61,868 nt of DNA from Candidatus Atribacteria bacterium. Its GTDB lineage: Bacteria; Atribacterota; Atribacteria; Atribacterales; JASGLU01. The notes below the pieces were generated by a model. The model was not told the origin of the DNA and did not search any database. It saw only the letters and a program-made list of their open reading frames with translations. The position numbers and the translations under genes are program-made. Each line of letters opens with the position of its first letter. The stretch's first letter is position 1. Below are positions 1-9,881 of the stretch, piece after piece. The stretch lies in NCBI GenBank assembly GCA_030156825.1, contig JASGLU010000002.1, positions 1 to 61,868 of the forward strand, given 5' to 3'.

Positions 1-282
1 TTAGTTTTTCTCTTTTAATCTTTGTTTTTGGGGGTTATTAGGGGGGTCTTTTCCCCCTGATAGTGAGGAAAGTGTTTTCCTTTCCTCAGTTGTCTTTTAT
101 GTATTTTCTTTACGTTTTTTGTATTTTTTGTTTTTCGGGGGTAATAGGGGGTTTACCCCCTATTACTGAGGAAAGTGCCTTTCTTCCTCAGTTGTATTTT
201 AATCTTTGTTTTTGGGGGTTATTAGGGGGGTATTTTCCCCCTGATAGTCGGGGTTATAAGGGGGCAAGCCCCCATTATTGCC
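1..282 (+). repeat. Array of palindromic hairpin modules separated by T-rich linkers. It is the right-hand part of a repeat element cut by the window edge.
   Basis: H1 hairpins (G5-N6-G5/6-loop-C5) at 30-62, 136-166 and 214-246. H2 hairpins (TGAGGAAAG/CTTTCCTCA type) at 64-88 and 166-191. Terminal module GGGGTTATAAGGGGG-CAAG-CCCCCATTATTGCC at 250-282. The 47-nt direct repeat 17-63 = 201-247 has 1 mismatch. Bases 1-30 align with the T-rich tail after the core at 17347-17390. Confidence 0.8.
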
Positions 283-314
283 ATAAGATAGTGAAGGGAG
301 TTGAAAAACATCAT

Positions 315-1046
315 ATGAACCAGGTAGTGGGAGATTTACATATTCATACCCTGGCTAGTGGTCATGCCTACAGTACTGTTTGGGAAATTGCCCAGGTGGC
401 TAAAAAGGAAAAAATGGAAATAATTGGTATTTCTGATCATGGTCCGAGTATGCCGGGGGCTCCCCAGGCTATGTACTTTGAAGCTCGGGGTCATTTTCCT
501 CGGGAAATAGAGGGAATAAAAATGTTTATGGGGGCGGAAGTAGATATCGTTGATAAAGAGGGAAAATTAGACTTGCCTGATAGGGTCTTAAAAAAGCTGG
601 ATTATGCTATCGTTTCTTTCCATCCCCAGGTTTTTCTCGGACTTTCTTTAGAAGAGAATACGGAAATTTTGCTTCGGGTTTTAGACCACCCCTGGGTGGA
701 AATCGTAGCTCATTTAGGTAATCCTAAATATCCAATAGATTACCAGGCGGTAGTTAAAAAAGCGGTAGCTTGTGGCAAGTTGATCGAAATCAACAACAGT
801 TCTTTTTCTATCAGTCGGAGAGGAAGCGCAGAAAACTGTCAGCAGATTGCTCTGGCAATGAAAGCCGAAGGAGGCAAGCTAATGGTTACCAGTGATGCCC
901 ATTATTGTGGAGAAGTGGGTAACTATGAAGATGCACTGGATATGTTAAGGGAGATTCAGTTTCCTGAGGAAAGAATAATTAATCTTTCCCGAGAGAAGTT
1001 AGAGGATTTTCTTCAACAATCTATAAATCGGAGGAGGCAAAGATGA
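315..1046 (+). CDS. PHP-family metal-dependent phosphoesterase (YcdX-like)
   Basis: MNQVVGDLHIHTLASGHAYS and ISDHGPSMPG motifs. The ORF-track start at 63 reads through the repeat array, so ATG 315 sits just before the PHP DLHIHT motif. The stop overlaps the folD start (ATGA). Confidence 0.8.
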   Translation: MNQVVGDLHIHTLASGHAYSTVWEIAQVAKKEKMEIIGISDHGPSMPGAPQAMYFEARGHFPREIEGIKMFMGAEVDIVDKEGKLDLPDRVLKKLDYAIVSFHPQVFLGLSLEENTEILLRVLDHPWVEIVAHLGNPKYPIDYQAVVKKAVACGKLIEINNSSFSISRRGSAENCQQIALAMKAEGGKLMVTSDAHYCGEVGNYEDALDMLREIQFPEERIINLSREKLEDFLQQSINRRRQR

Positions 1047-1927
1047 CGGCTACTATTATCGATGGTAAAGCGGTTTCCAACCAAATCTTGGAGGAACTAA
1101 AAGCAGAAGTGGACCTTCTACGGGAGAAGGGGCAGCAACCGGGTTTGGCGGTTATTTTGGTGGGAGATGATCCGGCAAGCCAGGTATATGTGAGGAATAA
1201 AGAGAGAGCCTGTAAAAAGCTGGGCATTTTTTCCTCTAAGTATTGTTTGCCTGATACTACCCCCGAGGAAGAGCTTATTCAGCTTATCCAAAAGTTAAAT
1301 CGAGATCCTAATATTCATGGCATTTTGCTCCAACTTCCTCTTCCCCAGGCTATCGATGAAAAAAAGGTGTTGGATTATATTTCTCCTAACAAAGATGTGG
1401 ATGGCTTCCATCCTTATAATTTAGGCCGATTGCTGGCGGGGGATCCGATTTTTCTTCCTTGTACCCCTCAAGGAGTGCAGGAGCTACTTGTTCGATACCA
1501 AATCCCTATTGAAGGGCAAAATGTGGTTATCGTTGGTCGCAGTAATATCGTAGGTAAACCGTTGGCTATGATGTTGGTTCAAAAAGCCAAGGCAGCCAAT
1601 GCTACCGTTTCCCTTTGTCACACTCGAACCAAAAACTTGAAAGAATTCACCAGCCGGGCTGATATTTTGATAGTTGCTTGCGGAAAGGCTCGGATGGTAA
1701 CAGCTGATTTGGTTCGTCCGGGGGCAGCGGTTATTGATGTGGGTATTAACCGAATAGATGGAAAGTTGGTAGGGGATGTTGATTTTGAACAAGTGTCCCA
1801 AATAAGTTCTTTTATTACCCCGGTTCCAGGCGGAGTAGGGCCTATGACCATTGCTATGCTGATGAAAAATACTATCAAAGCAGCTAAGCGATTTTGGGAG
1901 GGAGAAGCGACTTCTTTCTCTTTTTGA
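1043..1927 (+). CDS. folD: Bifunctional methylenetetrahydrofolate dehydrogenase/methenyl-THF cyclohydrolase
   Basis: Full-length FolD-like translation (IIDGKAVS..., VGRSNIVGKP, PVPGGVGPMTIAML). Confidence 0.93.
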   Translation: MTATIIDGKAVSNQILEELKAEVDLLREKGQQPGLAVILVGDDPASQVYVRNKERACKKLGIFSSKYCLPDTTPEEELIQLIQKLNRDPNIHGILLQLPLPQAIDEKKVLDYISPNKDVDGFHPYNLGRLLAGDPIFLPCTPQGVQELLVRYQIPIEGQNVVIVGRSNIVGKPLAMMLVQKAKAANATVSLCHTRTKNLKEFTSRADILIVACGKARMVTADLVRPGAAVIDVGINRIDGKLVGDVDFEQVSQISSFITPVPGGVGPMTIAMLMKNTIKAAKRFWEGEATSFSF

Positions 1928-1969
1928 GAATGGTTAGGTTGAATTATAAATGTGATAGGGGGTGGTGTT

Positions 1970-2464
1970 TTGCTCATCGGAGTTATTGCTGATACCCATA
2001 TACCCGACCGTGAAAAACAGCTGCCATCAGCGGTGCTCGACCTTTTTTCTCGGGTGTCTTTGGTACTGCATGCGGGCGATTTTACCACTGAAGAGACGTG
2101 GGTGGCGATTAAAAATCAGACCCAGCTGAGGGCAGTACGGGGAAATATGGACCAACCAGAGTTAAAGCAAAAGTTGCCCCCAAAAGAAGTTTTTTCTATA
2201 GAAGGAGTGAAAATCGGACTTATCCACGGAACAGGATCGCCTTTGGGGATAGTTCAGCGGGTACGGGCGGCTTTTGCCGGAGAAGAGGTGAATCTTGTGG
2301 TTTATGGTCATACTCATCAACCTCAAAAGGAGTGGGTAGAAGGAGTATTATTTTTAAACCCGGGAAGCCCTACCGACAAGGTTTTTGCTCCCTTTAATTC
2401 CTTCGCTATAGTTGAACTCCAGGAAGGACAAATTATAAAAGCGGAAATTATTCCCTTAAAATGA
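1970..2464 (+). CDS. YfcE/MJ0936-family metallophosphoesterase
   Basis: Motifs IGVIADTHIPD, HAGDF, GNMD and VYGHTHQP. TTG 1970 follows GGGGGTGG. The ORF-track start 1952 is an alternative. Confidence 0.8.
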   Translation: MLIGVIADTHIPDREKQLPSAVLDLFSRVSLVLHAGDFTTEETWVAIKNQTQLRAVRGNMDQPELKQKLPPKEVFSIEGVKIGLIHGTGSPLGIVQRVRAAFAGEEVNLVVYGHTHQPQKEWVEGVLFLNPGSPTDKVFAPFNSFAIVELQEGQIIKAEIIPLK

Positions 2465-2465
2465 G

Positions 2466-4076
2466 GTGATTATTTTGGCCGAACGAATTTATCTGAATTT
2501 TATTTGGCATATGCATCAACCTTTTTATTGGAACGCCGAAGAAAATTTATTCGATTTTCCCTGGGTCAGAACTCATACTACTAAGGATTACTGTTTTATG
2601 GCTAAGATTCTTAAACAATTTCCTGCGGTTAAAATGACTTTCAATTTTTCCCCCTCCCTTATTCGGCAGTTTACGCTTTACTTAGAAGGGAAAGAAGATA
2701 AGGTAATGCAATTAGCGAAAAAGAAGGCGCAAGACCTTACTCCGGAAGAGAAGAAGTCGGTTTTGGAGCGATTTTTCCTGGCTCCATCTGTCAAACAGAC
2801 CGAGAACTGGCCTCGGTTTTTAGAGCTTAAAAACAAAGCCGGTGAAGGTGTTGCTACTTTCGATACTCAAGATTTCTTAGATTTACAGATAATCTACCAA
2901 TTACTCTGGTTTGACCCGCTTACCATAGAGGAAAACCGTCGATTAAAACAGCTGGTTGTTCAAGGGAAAAACTTTGAGGAGCAGGATAAGGAAGTGTTAT
3001 GGGAAGCTACCAAGCAATCATTTAGAACGGTAGAACCTCTTTATCGAGAGTTAATGGAGAAAGAGCAGATAGAAATTGCTACCTCTCCTTTTTATCATCC
3101 TATTCTTCCTCTTTTAATAGATAGTAAAGTGGGAGCTCAATCCAACCCTGGTTTGACTTTACCGGAAGAAAACTTTTCCTACCCGGAAGATGCTGTGGCT
3201 CAAATTAGAAGGGCCTTGGATTTCACCCGGGAGTTTTGGGGGAAAGCTGCACTTGGGATGTGGCCTTCGGAAGGAGCGGTAAGTGAAGAGGCTCTTTCTA
3301 TCATGGTTGATCAAAGCTTAAGCTGGAGCGCCAGTGGGGAAGAAGTACTTTATCGCTCTTTGGCTAAAGAAATTCAGCGCGACGGGGAGGGACTTATTCA
3401 ATCTCCGGAAATCCTTTACTCTCCTTATGCTTTTTCTGGAAAAACTGGAAAAATCGGGCTTTTTTTCCGGGATCGCTTTTTATCTGATTTGATTGGTTTT
3501 GAATACCAATACTGGGATTCTAAAGAAGCAGCCCAGGACCTGATAGAAAAAATTAGAAAGATTAAACTCTCCCTGCCAGATGAGGGTCAGTTTGTGGTAA
3601 CTATTATTTTAGATGGAGAGAATGCCTGGGAATACTATCCCAACAATGGGCTTTACTTTTTAACCGAACTTTATCAGACTATAGCTGAAAGTCCGGACTT
3701 AGTCCCGATAACCCCTTCTCAGCTGAACGAACAAATTTCCTCTTTTCCAGAATTATCCCAGGTAGTTCCCGGTTCCTGGATTTTCGGTTTGTTAGATACC
3801 TGGATTGGTCATCCTCAAAAAAACCAGGCCTGGAATAGCCTTGCCCGGGTAAGAAAAGAGTGGGAAAAAGAAAAAGAGCGAGTGGCTTCTGTTTCTCCTG
3901 GGGTAGTAGAACAAATTTGGGACCTACTTTATCAGGCAGAAGGGAGCGACTGGTTTTGGTGGTTGGGGGAAGATAATCCTTCTTCAGAGAAGCTGGCTTT
4001 TCAGAACCACTTTTCTTATTTAGTCCAAGAAGTCTGGAAAAAGATGGGAAAAAAGGAAGAAATAAAGGTGTTTTGA
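2466..4076 (+). CDS. Glycoside hydrolase family 57 (alpha-glucan acting; exact specificity not callable)
   Basis: GH57 conserved regions are present: HMHQPFY, SPFYHPILPLL, MWPSEGAVSEE (nucleophile region), ILDGENAWEYY and AEGSDWFWW. The start could instead be TTG 2475. Confidence 0.85.
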   Translation: MIILAERIYLNFIWHMHQPFYWNAEENLFDFPWVRTHTTKDYCFMAKILKQFPAVKMTFNFSPSLIRQFTLYLEGKEDKVMQLAKKKAQDLTPEEKKSVLERFFLAPSVKQTENWPRFLELKNKAGEGVATFDTQDFLDLQIIYQLLWFDPLTIEENRRLKQLVVQGKNFEEQDKEVLWEATKQSFRTVEPLYRELMEKEQIEIATSPFYHPILPLLIDSKVGAQSNPGLTLPEENFSYPEDAVAQIRRALDFTREFWGKAALGMWPSEGAVSEEALSIMVDQSLSWSASGEEVLYRSLAKEIQRDGEGLIQSPEILYSPYAFSGKTGKIGLFFRDRFLSDLIGFEYQYWDSKEAAQDLIEKIRKIKLSLPDEGQFVVTIILDGENAWEYYPNNGLYFLTELYQTIAESPDLVPITPSQLNEQISSFPELSQVVPGSWIFGLLDTWIGHPQKNQAWNSLARVRKEWEKEKERVASVSPGVVEQIWDLLYQAEGSDWFWWLGEDNPSSEKLAFQNHFSYLVQEVWKKMGKKEEIKVF

Positions 4077-4120
4077 GTTAAATAAAGATAAAGATGAATT
4101 ATTTACTAAGGGGGGAAGTT

Positions 4121-5404
4121 ATGTATCGAATACCTGTTCTGGCTATGGTTTTAGCGGGAGGAGAAGGGAAGAGATTGGATGTTTTATCTGAAAAAAGAGC
4201 TAAACCGGCCGTGCCTTTTGGTGGTAAATATCGGATAATCGATTTTTGTTTGAGTAATTGCGTTAATTCGGGAATTTATTCGGTGGGGGTGCTTACCCAG
4301 TACAACCCTCGCTCCCTGCACGATCATATTCGGACCGGTAAGGCTTGGGATCTGGACCGGATGAATGGTGGCATTTTTCTGCTTCAGCCCTATATCAGCG
4401 ATGAGGTAACCCGCTGGTATCGAGGGACAGCTGATGCCATTTACCAAAATCTTCGTTTTGTTCACGATATGAACCCTCAAATGGTTCTGATCCTTTCGGG
4501 AGACCATGTCTACAAAATGGATTACAGGCGATTGGTCGATTTCCATATTCAACATGAAGCTGACCTTACTGTCTCGGTAATAAGAGTGCCTTGGGAGGAA
4601 GCTCATCGATTTGGAATCTTGGAAACCGATGAGCAAAATCGAATAATAAGTTTTGAAGAAAAACCAGACCAGCCAAAGAGCGACTTAGCCAGTATGGGGA
4701 TTTATCTTTTCAAGCGAGAAGTATTAGAAGAAGAGGTGAAAAAAGAAGCACTTAAAAAAGAGACCACTTTTGACTTTGGAAAAGATATATTACCCAGGGT
4801 TATTGCCGAGAGAAAAGTTTTTGCCTTTCTGTTTAAAGATTACTGGAAAGATGTGGGGACTATAGATGCTTACTGGGAAGCCAACATGGAACTCTTAGAA
4901 GGGTTTCCTCCTTTAAATTTGTTTGATCCCAACTGGCCTATATATACCCCAACCGATGACCGGCCTCCGGTTAAGATGGGACGAGAGGCACAGGTGGAAA
5001 AGAGTATATTAGGAAGTGGGGCAATCATTAACGGTAAAGTTCAAAATTCTATCATATTTGGTGGGGTGTATTTGTCTGAGGAAGCGGTAGTGCGGGATTC
5101 CATTATAATGAATGATTGCTTTATCGGTAAAAATGCCATTTTAGAGCGGGTGATTTTAGACAAAATTGTTCGAATTGAAGATAACTGTCGGGTGGGATTT
5201 GATGACCTTGCGACTGATCATTTTTCTCCTGATGTCTTAAAAAAGGGTTTGACGGTGATCGGAAAAAATTCTCATCTTCCTGCCAACACGGTAGTGGGTA
5301 GGAATTGTCGAATAGGAACTGACTTTCGCCCTCAGGATTTCCTTAGTAACTACATATCAAGCGGGAAAAGCTTGATAAAAAATGAAAAGGAGGCACTTAC
5401 GTGA
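4121..5404 (+). CDS. glgC: Glucose-1-phosphate adenylyltransferase
   Basis: [36 protein letters not shown] and WYRGTADA, plus a C-terminal left-handed beta-helix region. ATG 4121 is preceded by GGGGGGA. Confidence 0.9.
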   Translation: MYRIPVLAMVLAGGEGKRLDVLSEKRAKPAVPFGGKYRIIDFCLSNCVNSGIYSVGVLTQYNPRSLHDHIRTGKAWDLDRMNGGIFLLQPYISDEVTRWYRGTADAIYQNLRFVHDMNPQMVLILSGDHVYKMDYRRLVDFHIQHEADLTVSVIRVPWEEAHRFGILETDEQNRIISFEEKPDQPKSDLASMGIYLFKREVLEEEVKKEALKKETTFDFGKDILPRVIAERKVFAFLFKDYWKDVGTIDAYWEANMELLEGFPPLNLFDPNWPIYTPTDDRPPVKMGREAQVEKSILGSGAIINGKVQNSIIFGGVYLSEEAVVRDSIIMNDCFIGKNAILERVILDKIVRIEDNCRVGFDDLATDHFSPDVLKKGLTVIGKNSHLPANTVVGRNCRIGTDFRPQDFLSNYISSGKSLIKNEKEALT

Positions 5405-6936
5405 GGAAATTTAATTTTATTTTCCTTTTAGCTGTATTGGGTATCGGAATTGCCAGTCCGATTCTTGGTGCGCAAGTTTTTGAATTTGAGGTCTCTCCAG
5501 CTGAAGTACGCTCACTTGACCGCTTAACCGTTTCTCCTTTTATTTCAATAACTCCCGACAAGGGAGATTTGGCTACTTATTTTGTAGGGGAAACTATTGT
5601 TTTAAATTACAGAAGTGATCGCAGAGGGTATGTGAGCATTTTTGACTATCTTCCTTCCGGTAAGGCCCGAATACTGCGAAATAATGAGCCTATTTCCCCT
5701 GGTTTTGAACGGACTTTGCGGGGGACTGTTTCTGAACCGGAGGGTACGGAAAAATTTTTAATGGTGGTTACTTCCAGAGTTATTCCCGACCGATTGCTGA
5801 TAGAAGCGATGACAAACCCATCCCGGATCCTGGAAATTTTAGGTGAAGACACTTTGATAAACCAATGTACTATTCAAGTAGCTCAAAGAAGGGCTAAATC
5901 CCCTACCTTTATCCGTTTTGACCGTTTGCCGGCTGAAATCTCTTCAGGTAGTAAGGTTCGACTAAGTGCTACTCTTACCGATGCTGAGGGGCGGGCCTTG
6001 GTTAATCGAGAGGTACGCTGGGAGGTTAATCAGGGAACGGTAGATCAACCTTTAACTGTAACCAACTCTTTTGGTCAAGTTGAAGTTTGGTTTTATGCCC
6101 CATCGGTGACAGAACCAACCTATGTTTACCTTCGAGCTTCCTTTCCTGGTGACCATATCTATCAGGAATCTTATGCTGAGATTGAACTTCAGTTAATTCC
6201 TCAAAAAATCAAAACTTTTTTAAGCCTTACTCCTCAAAGTTTTCATTTAGCAAGTGGTGAGTCTTTGGATTTTGAAGTCTATTTAGAAGATGCTCAGGGG
6301 GAGGCGGTTGCAGATCGGAGTATCCTTTGGAGTGCTAATGTGGGAAGCTGGGAAAAAGAAATAACCTATACCAATTCTCAGGGAAAAGCCAGTAATCGCT
6401 GGTTTGCCCCTATGGTGGAAACCTCTCAGACGGTAGAGTTGAAGGCCGAGTTTGCTGGAGTAAGGAATCTCTTACCCGCTCAAGGTTTTGCCTTGGGGAC
6501 GGTTAGTCCAGTACAAGTTTATAGCGGAAAAAGCTATTATATCTTAGATTTCAGCAGTGGCCAAGTAGATACTAATTTTGATAGTATTTTTTACCAGGGA
6601 GACCTGGTAAGCGGTTTTGCTTTGAATCCAGCTCAGACTTTGGCCTTGAAGAAAGGCGAGGTTTTAGAATTAGATTTTACCCTGACCCAACCAGTAAAAA
6701 GAGGAGCTTTGTATCTGTGGGGTAAGTCTGATAGCCCGGCTAAAATAACGATTTATCTCAATCAACAACCTATCTTTTCCAGTCCGACAGCGGAAGGGAT
6801 TATTTCTCCCTTGGAGACTAATGTAATATATTTAACCGATTACCTTTACTTGGGCAGAAACCGGTTAAAAATTGAAGCTTGGCCTGAACACGCGGCTGGG
6901 GCTTTCCTAATCCAGAGAATATTAATCGTATTTTAA
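5401..6936 (+). CDS. Secreted protein with an N-terminal signal peptide, a DUF4384-like domain and two Big_1-like (bacterial Ig-like) repeats
   Basis: Hydrophobic N-terminus FNFIFLLAVLGIGIASPILGA. DUF4384-like region GETIVLNYRSDRRGYVSIFDYLPSGKARIL. Two invasin-like repeats: LSATLTDAEGRALVNREVRW...TNSFGQVEVWFYAP and EVYLEDAQGEAVADRSILW...TNSQGKASNRWFAP. The GTG start overlaps the glgC stop (GTGA). Confidence 0.65.
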   Translation: MRKFNFIFLLAVLGIGIASPILGAQVFEFEVSPAEVRSLDRLTVSPFISITPDKGDLATYFVGETIVLNYRSDRRGYVSIFDYLPSGKARILRNNEPISPGFERTLRGTVSEPEGTEKFLMVVTSRVIPDRLLIEAMTNPSRILEILGEDTLINQCTIQVAQRRAKSPTFIRFDRLPAEISSGSKVRLSATLTDAEGRALVNREVRWEVNQGTVDQPLTVTNSFGQVEVWFYAPSVTEPTYVYLRASFPGDHIYQESYAEIELQLIPQKIKTFLSLTPQSFHLASGESLDFEVYLEDAQGEAVADRSILWSANVGSWEKEITYTNSQGKASNRWFAPMVETSQTVELKAEFAGVRNLLPAQGFALGTVSPVQVYSGKSYYILDFSSGQVDTNFDSIFYQGDLVSGFALNPAQTLALKKGEVLELDFTLTQPVKRGALYLWGKSDSPAKITIYLNQQPIFSSPTAEGIISPLETNVIYLTDYLYLGRNRLKIEAWPEHAAGAFLIQRILIVF

Positions 6937-6945
6937 TTGGGGAGG

Positions 6946-7395
6946 ATGAACGAATTGGCAAAGGAGACCGAATTTGTTTGGGAAGAGTTCCAAAATTTGT
7001 CGGAAGATTTGCAGAAGTTTATGGAACATATATTGAAAAAGAATTATAATTTTTTGGTGTTTTCTGATCCTACCTGGAAACCGGCCTGTGATTTGTTTGA
7101 AACTGCTACCCATTTTGTAATTCTGGTAGAACTGGCTGGAGTATCTCCTCAAGAAGTTGAAGTATTCGCCCAAGGCAAAAAGGTGGTTATAAAAGGGGAG
7201 AGGAAGGATCCTTCCTCTCTTCCTAAGAAGAGTTACTATCAGATGGAAATCAGTTTCGGTCCTTTTTATCGGGAGATTGATTTGCCAGGGGAGATAAGGT
7301 CGGATGCTGTCCAGGCTCGGTTCCGAAATGGTTTTCTAATTGTGGAATGTTTGAAAAAAGAAAGTCAATGGGAGAGAAAAATACCGATAGAGTAG
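6946..7395 (+). CDS. Hsp20/alpha-crystallin family small heat-shock protein
   Basis: Alpha-crystallin-like core (ATHFVILVELAGVSPQEVEV...VVIKGER...FGPFYREIDLPGEI...ARFRNGFLIVE). ATG 6946 follows GGGGAGG. Confidence 0.85.
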   Translation: MNELAKETEFVWEEFQNLSEDLQKFMEHILKKNYNFLVFSDPTWKPACDLFETATHFVILVELAGVSPQEVEVFAQGKKVVIKGERKDPSSLPKKSYYQMEISFGPFYREIDLPGEIRSDAVQARFRNGFLIVECLKKESQWERKIPIE

Positions 7396-7414
7396 ACAGG
7401 AGGGACACAGATAG

Positions 7415-9850
7415 ATGATGACTGACCAATTATGGCTGATTGAAACTGACTCAATAAGCAAAGAAGATGATCAGTCTGTTGCCCAGGCAACGGCAGAAAA
7501 AGAGGAATCTGATTTTCCAGAAGTTATTCCTATTCTCCCATTAAAGGATAATGTACTTTATCCAGAAGTGGCTCTTCCTTGGGTGGTGCAAGGAGAAAAA
7601 TGGGTCCAGCTGGTAAACCAAGTAGTGTTGGGCAATCGATTAGTGGGAGTGGTCACCCCTAAAAAGTCGTTTGACCCGGAGGGTCCTTTGTCCCCGGAAG
7701 ACTTTTACCCAGTTGGAGTAGTAGGAAGAATCTCCCGCATGCTGAAGCTTCCGGAGAATGCGGTTCAGGTTCTGGTTTTTGGTCTTAATAAGTTTGAAAT
7801 TTTAGACTGGGTTCGGTGGGAGCCTTATCCTCTGGCTCGGATACGCTTAATCCAGGAAGAAGAAAATATAACCGATGAAGTAGAGGCTTTAATGCGTAAT
7901 GTTGTGAGTTTGTTCCAACAAGTGGTGGAATTGGCTCCCTATCTTCCCAAAGAAGTTTATATAGCGGCTATTAATATCAAAAAACCTTCCCGTTTAGCTC
8001 ATTTTGTAGTTTCTAATTTGAACTTGGAAGTGGCAACCAAGCAGGAAATTCTGTCCACTTTTGATTTGGTGGAAAGATTGAAAAAAGTGACCGCTATTTT
8101 AACCCGGGAACTGGAAATTTTGCAGATTGGGAACAAAATCCAGTCTCAGGTACAAGAGGAAATGGCTAAAACTCAAAGAGAATATTTCCTCCGGGAACAA
8201 CTCAAAGCTATCCAGAGAGAACTGGGAGAATTAGACGAAAAATCAGCCGAAATTAACCAGCTGAGAGAGCAGATTCAAAAAGCCTCTCTTCCTCCAGAAG
8301 TAGAAGCGGAAGCGGAACGGGAATTAGAACGCCTTTCCCGTATTTCTCCTGCTTCGGCTGAGTATCCGGTAATTCGTAACTATTTGGACTGGTTGATAGA
8401 ATTGCCTTGGAATAAATCCACCGAGGACAACCTGGACATCGACCAAGCAAAACAAGTTTTAGACGAAGACCATTACGACTTAGAAAAGGTAAAAGAACGG
8501 ATTTTAGAGTATTTAGCCGTGTGTAAACTGCGAAAAAGCATTAAAGGTCCAATTCTTTGTTTTGTAGGCCCTCCCGGAGTGGGGAAAACCTCTTTGGGAA
8601 AATCAATCGCTCGGTCTTTGTCTCGGAGTTTTGTTCGGATCTCTTTGGGAGGTATCCGGGATGAAGCGGAAATTAGGGGGCACCGCCGGACATATGTGGG
8701 AGCTCTCCCGGGAAGGATAATTCAAGGAATAAGAAAAGCGGGAACTAACAATCCGGTTTTTATGTTGGACGAGGTGGATAAAATCGGAGCAGATTTTAGG
8801 GGTGATCCAGCGGCTGCTTTATTGGAAGTTCTGGATCCCGAACAAAATTCTGCTTTCGAGGATCACTACCTGGGAGTTCCTTTTGACCTGTCTCGGGTAA
8901 TGTTTATTACTACTGCTAACGTGCTTGACCCTATTCCTCCTGCTCTTTTGGACCGGATGGAGATTATTGAAATCCCAGGGTACACCGATGCCGAAAAAGT
9001 GGCTATTGCTCAAAAATATCTTATTCCCAAGCAAGTTCAGGAAAATGGTATTCCGCCGGACAATATTTCTTTTCAAAAAAGGGCAATTGAGAAAATTATT
9101 CGGGAATATACTCGAGAGGCAGGAGTCCGTAATTTGGAGAGAAACATTGCTACCGTTTGCCGGAAAGTGGCCAGGGAAATTGCCCAAGGCAAGAATGGGT
9201 CTTTCACTATTGGCGTCAAAGAAGTGGAGAAATTCTTAGGGCCGAGAAAATTTATCCGAGAAGTGATTTCCGGAAAAGATAGAGAAGGGGTATCGGTAGG
9301 GTTAGCTTGGACCGAATCTGGAGGCGAGATATTGTTTGTAGAAACCGCTATTTTCCCCGGCAAGGGAAACCTTATTTTAACCGGCAATATGGGGGAGATT
9401 ATGCAGGAATCGGCTCGCATTGCCCTTTCTTGTGTGAGAGAAAGGGCACGGGATTGGGGGATATCCCCTGATTTTTACCAAAAAAAGGATATTCATCTGC
9501 ATGTACCGGCCGGAGCCATACCAAAAGATGGCCCATCAGCCGGAGTTACCATGGTAGTATCTATGCTTTCAGCTTTGGCTAAAATTCCGCCAAGACGGGA
9601 AGTGGCCATGACCGGAGAAATCACTCTTACCGGCAGGGTATTACCGGTGGGGGGAATTAAAGAGAAAGTGTTAGCTGCTTATCGAAATGGCATAAAAGAG
9701 GTAATCCTACCTAAGGAAAATGAAAAGGATTTGATAGAAATTCCACAAGAGGCAAAGAAAAAGATTAAATTTCATCTGGTAGAGGAGGTAGACCAGGTTC
9801 TATCCATAGCCTTGAGAAAACAACCGGCCTTAGAAAAAGCCCAGAGTTAG
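7415..9850 (+). CDS. lon: ATP-dependent Lon protease
   Basis: LON N-domain, Walker A GPPGVGKTS and the catalytic-serine motif PKDGPSAGVTM. 811 aa. Confidence 0.95.
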   Translation: MMTDQLWLIETDSISKEDDQSVAQATAEKEESDFPEVIPILPLKDNVLYPEVALPWVVQGEKWVQLVNQVVLGNRLVGVVTPKKSFDPEGPLSPEDFYPVGVVGRISRMLKLPENAVQVLVFGLNKFEILDWVRWEPYPLARIRLIQEEENITDEVEALMRNVVSLFQQVVELAPYLPKEVYIAAINIKKPSRLAHFVVSNLNLEVATKQEILSTFDLVERLKKVTAILTRELEILQIGNKIQSQVQEEMAKTQREYFLREQLKAIQRELGELDEKSAEINQLREQIQKASLPPEVEAEAERELERLSRISPASAEYPVIRNYLDWLIELPWNKSTEDNLDIDQAKQVLDEDHYDLEKVKERILEYLAVCKLRKSIKGPILCFVGPPGVGKTSLGKSIARSLSRSFVRISLGGIRDEAEIRGHRRTYVGALPGRIIQGIRKAGTNNPVFMLDEVDKIGADFRGDPAAALLEVLDPEQNSAFEDHYLGVPFDLSRVMFITTANVLDPIPPALLDRMEIIEIPGYTDAEKVAIAQKYLIPKQVQENGIPPDNISFQKRAIEKIIREYTREAGVRNLERNIATVCRKVAREIAQGKNGSFTIGVKEVEKFLGPRKFIREVISGKDREGVSVGLAWTESGGEILFVETAIFPGKGNLILTGNMGEIMQESARIALSCVRERARDWGISPDFYQKKDIHLHVPAGAIPKDGPSAGVTMVVSMLSALAKIPPRREVAMTGEITLTGRVLPVGGIKEKVLAAYRNGIKEVILPKENEKDLIEIPQEAKKKIKFHLVEEVDQVLSIALRKQPALEKAQS

Positions 9851-9881
9851 TTAAATTATTCAAAGAAAGGAGAGATGGAGA

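Noticed and set aside
1-282. A CRISPR array interpretation of the repeated units.
   Set aside because: The repeats are of several different types and are themselves palindromic. Their spacing is irregular, the sequences between them are similar T-rich linkers rather than unique spacers, and no cas genes are present.
63-314. N-terminal 84-codon extension of the PHP ORF, containing repeated GGLPPI/EES-like peptide segments.
   Set aside because: The open frame is created by the hairpin repeat array. The PHP domain begins right after ATG 315 (DLHIHT). Repeat copies at other loci are not in any conserved frame.
1618-2088. Antisense ORFs of 100-160 aa opposite conserved genes. Examples are 1618-2088, 4184-4636, 10518-10997, 44100-44546, 53734-54180, 8819-9187 and 9073-9420.
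   Set aside because: Each is fully embedded opposite a gene with strong family motifs. None has a recognisable domain. They are typical shadow ORFs.
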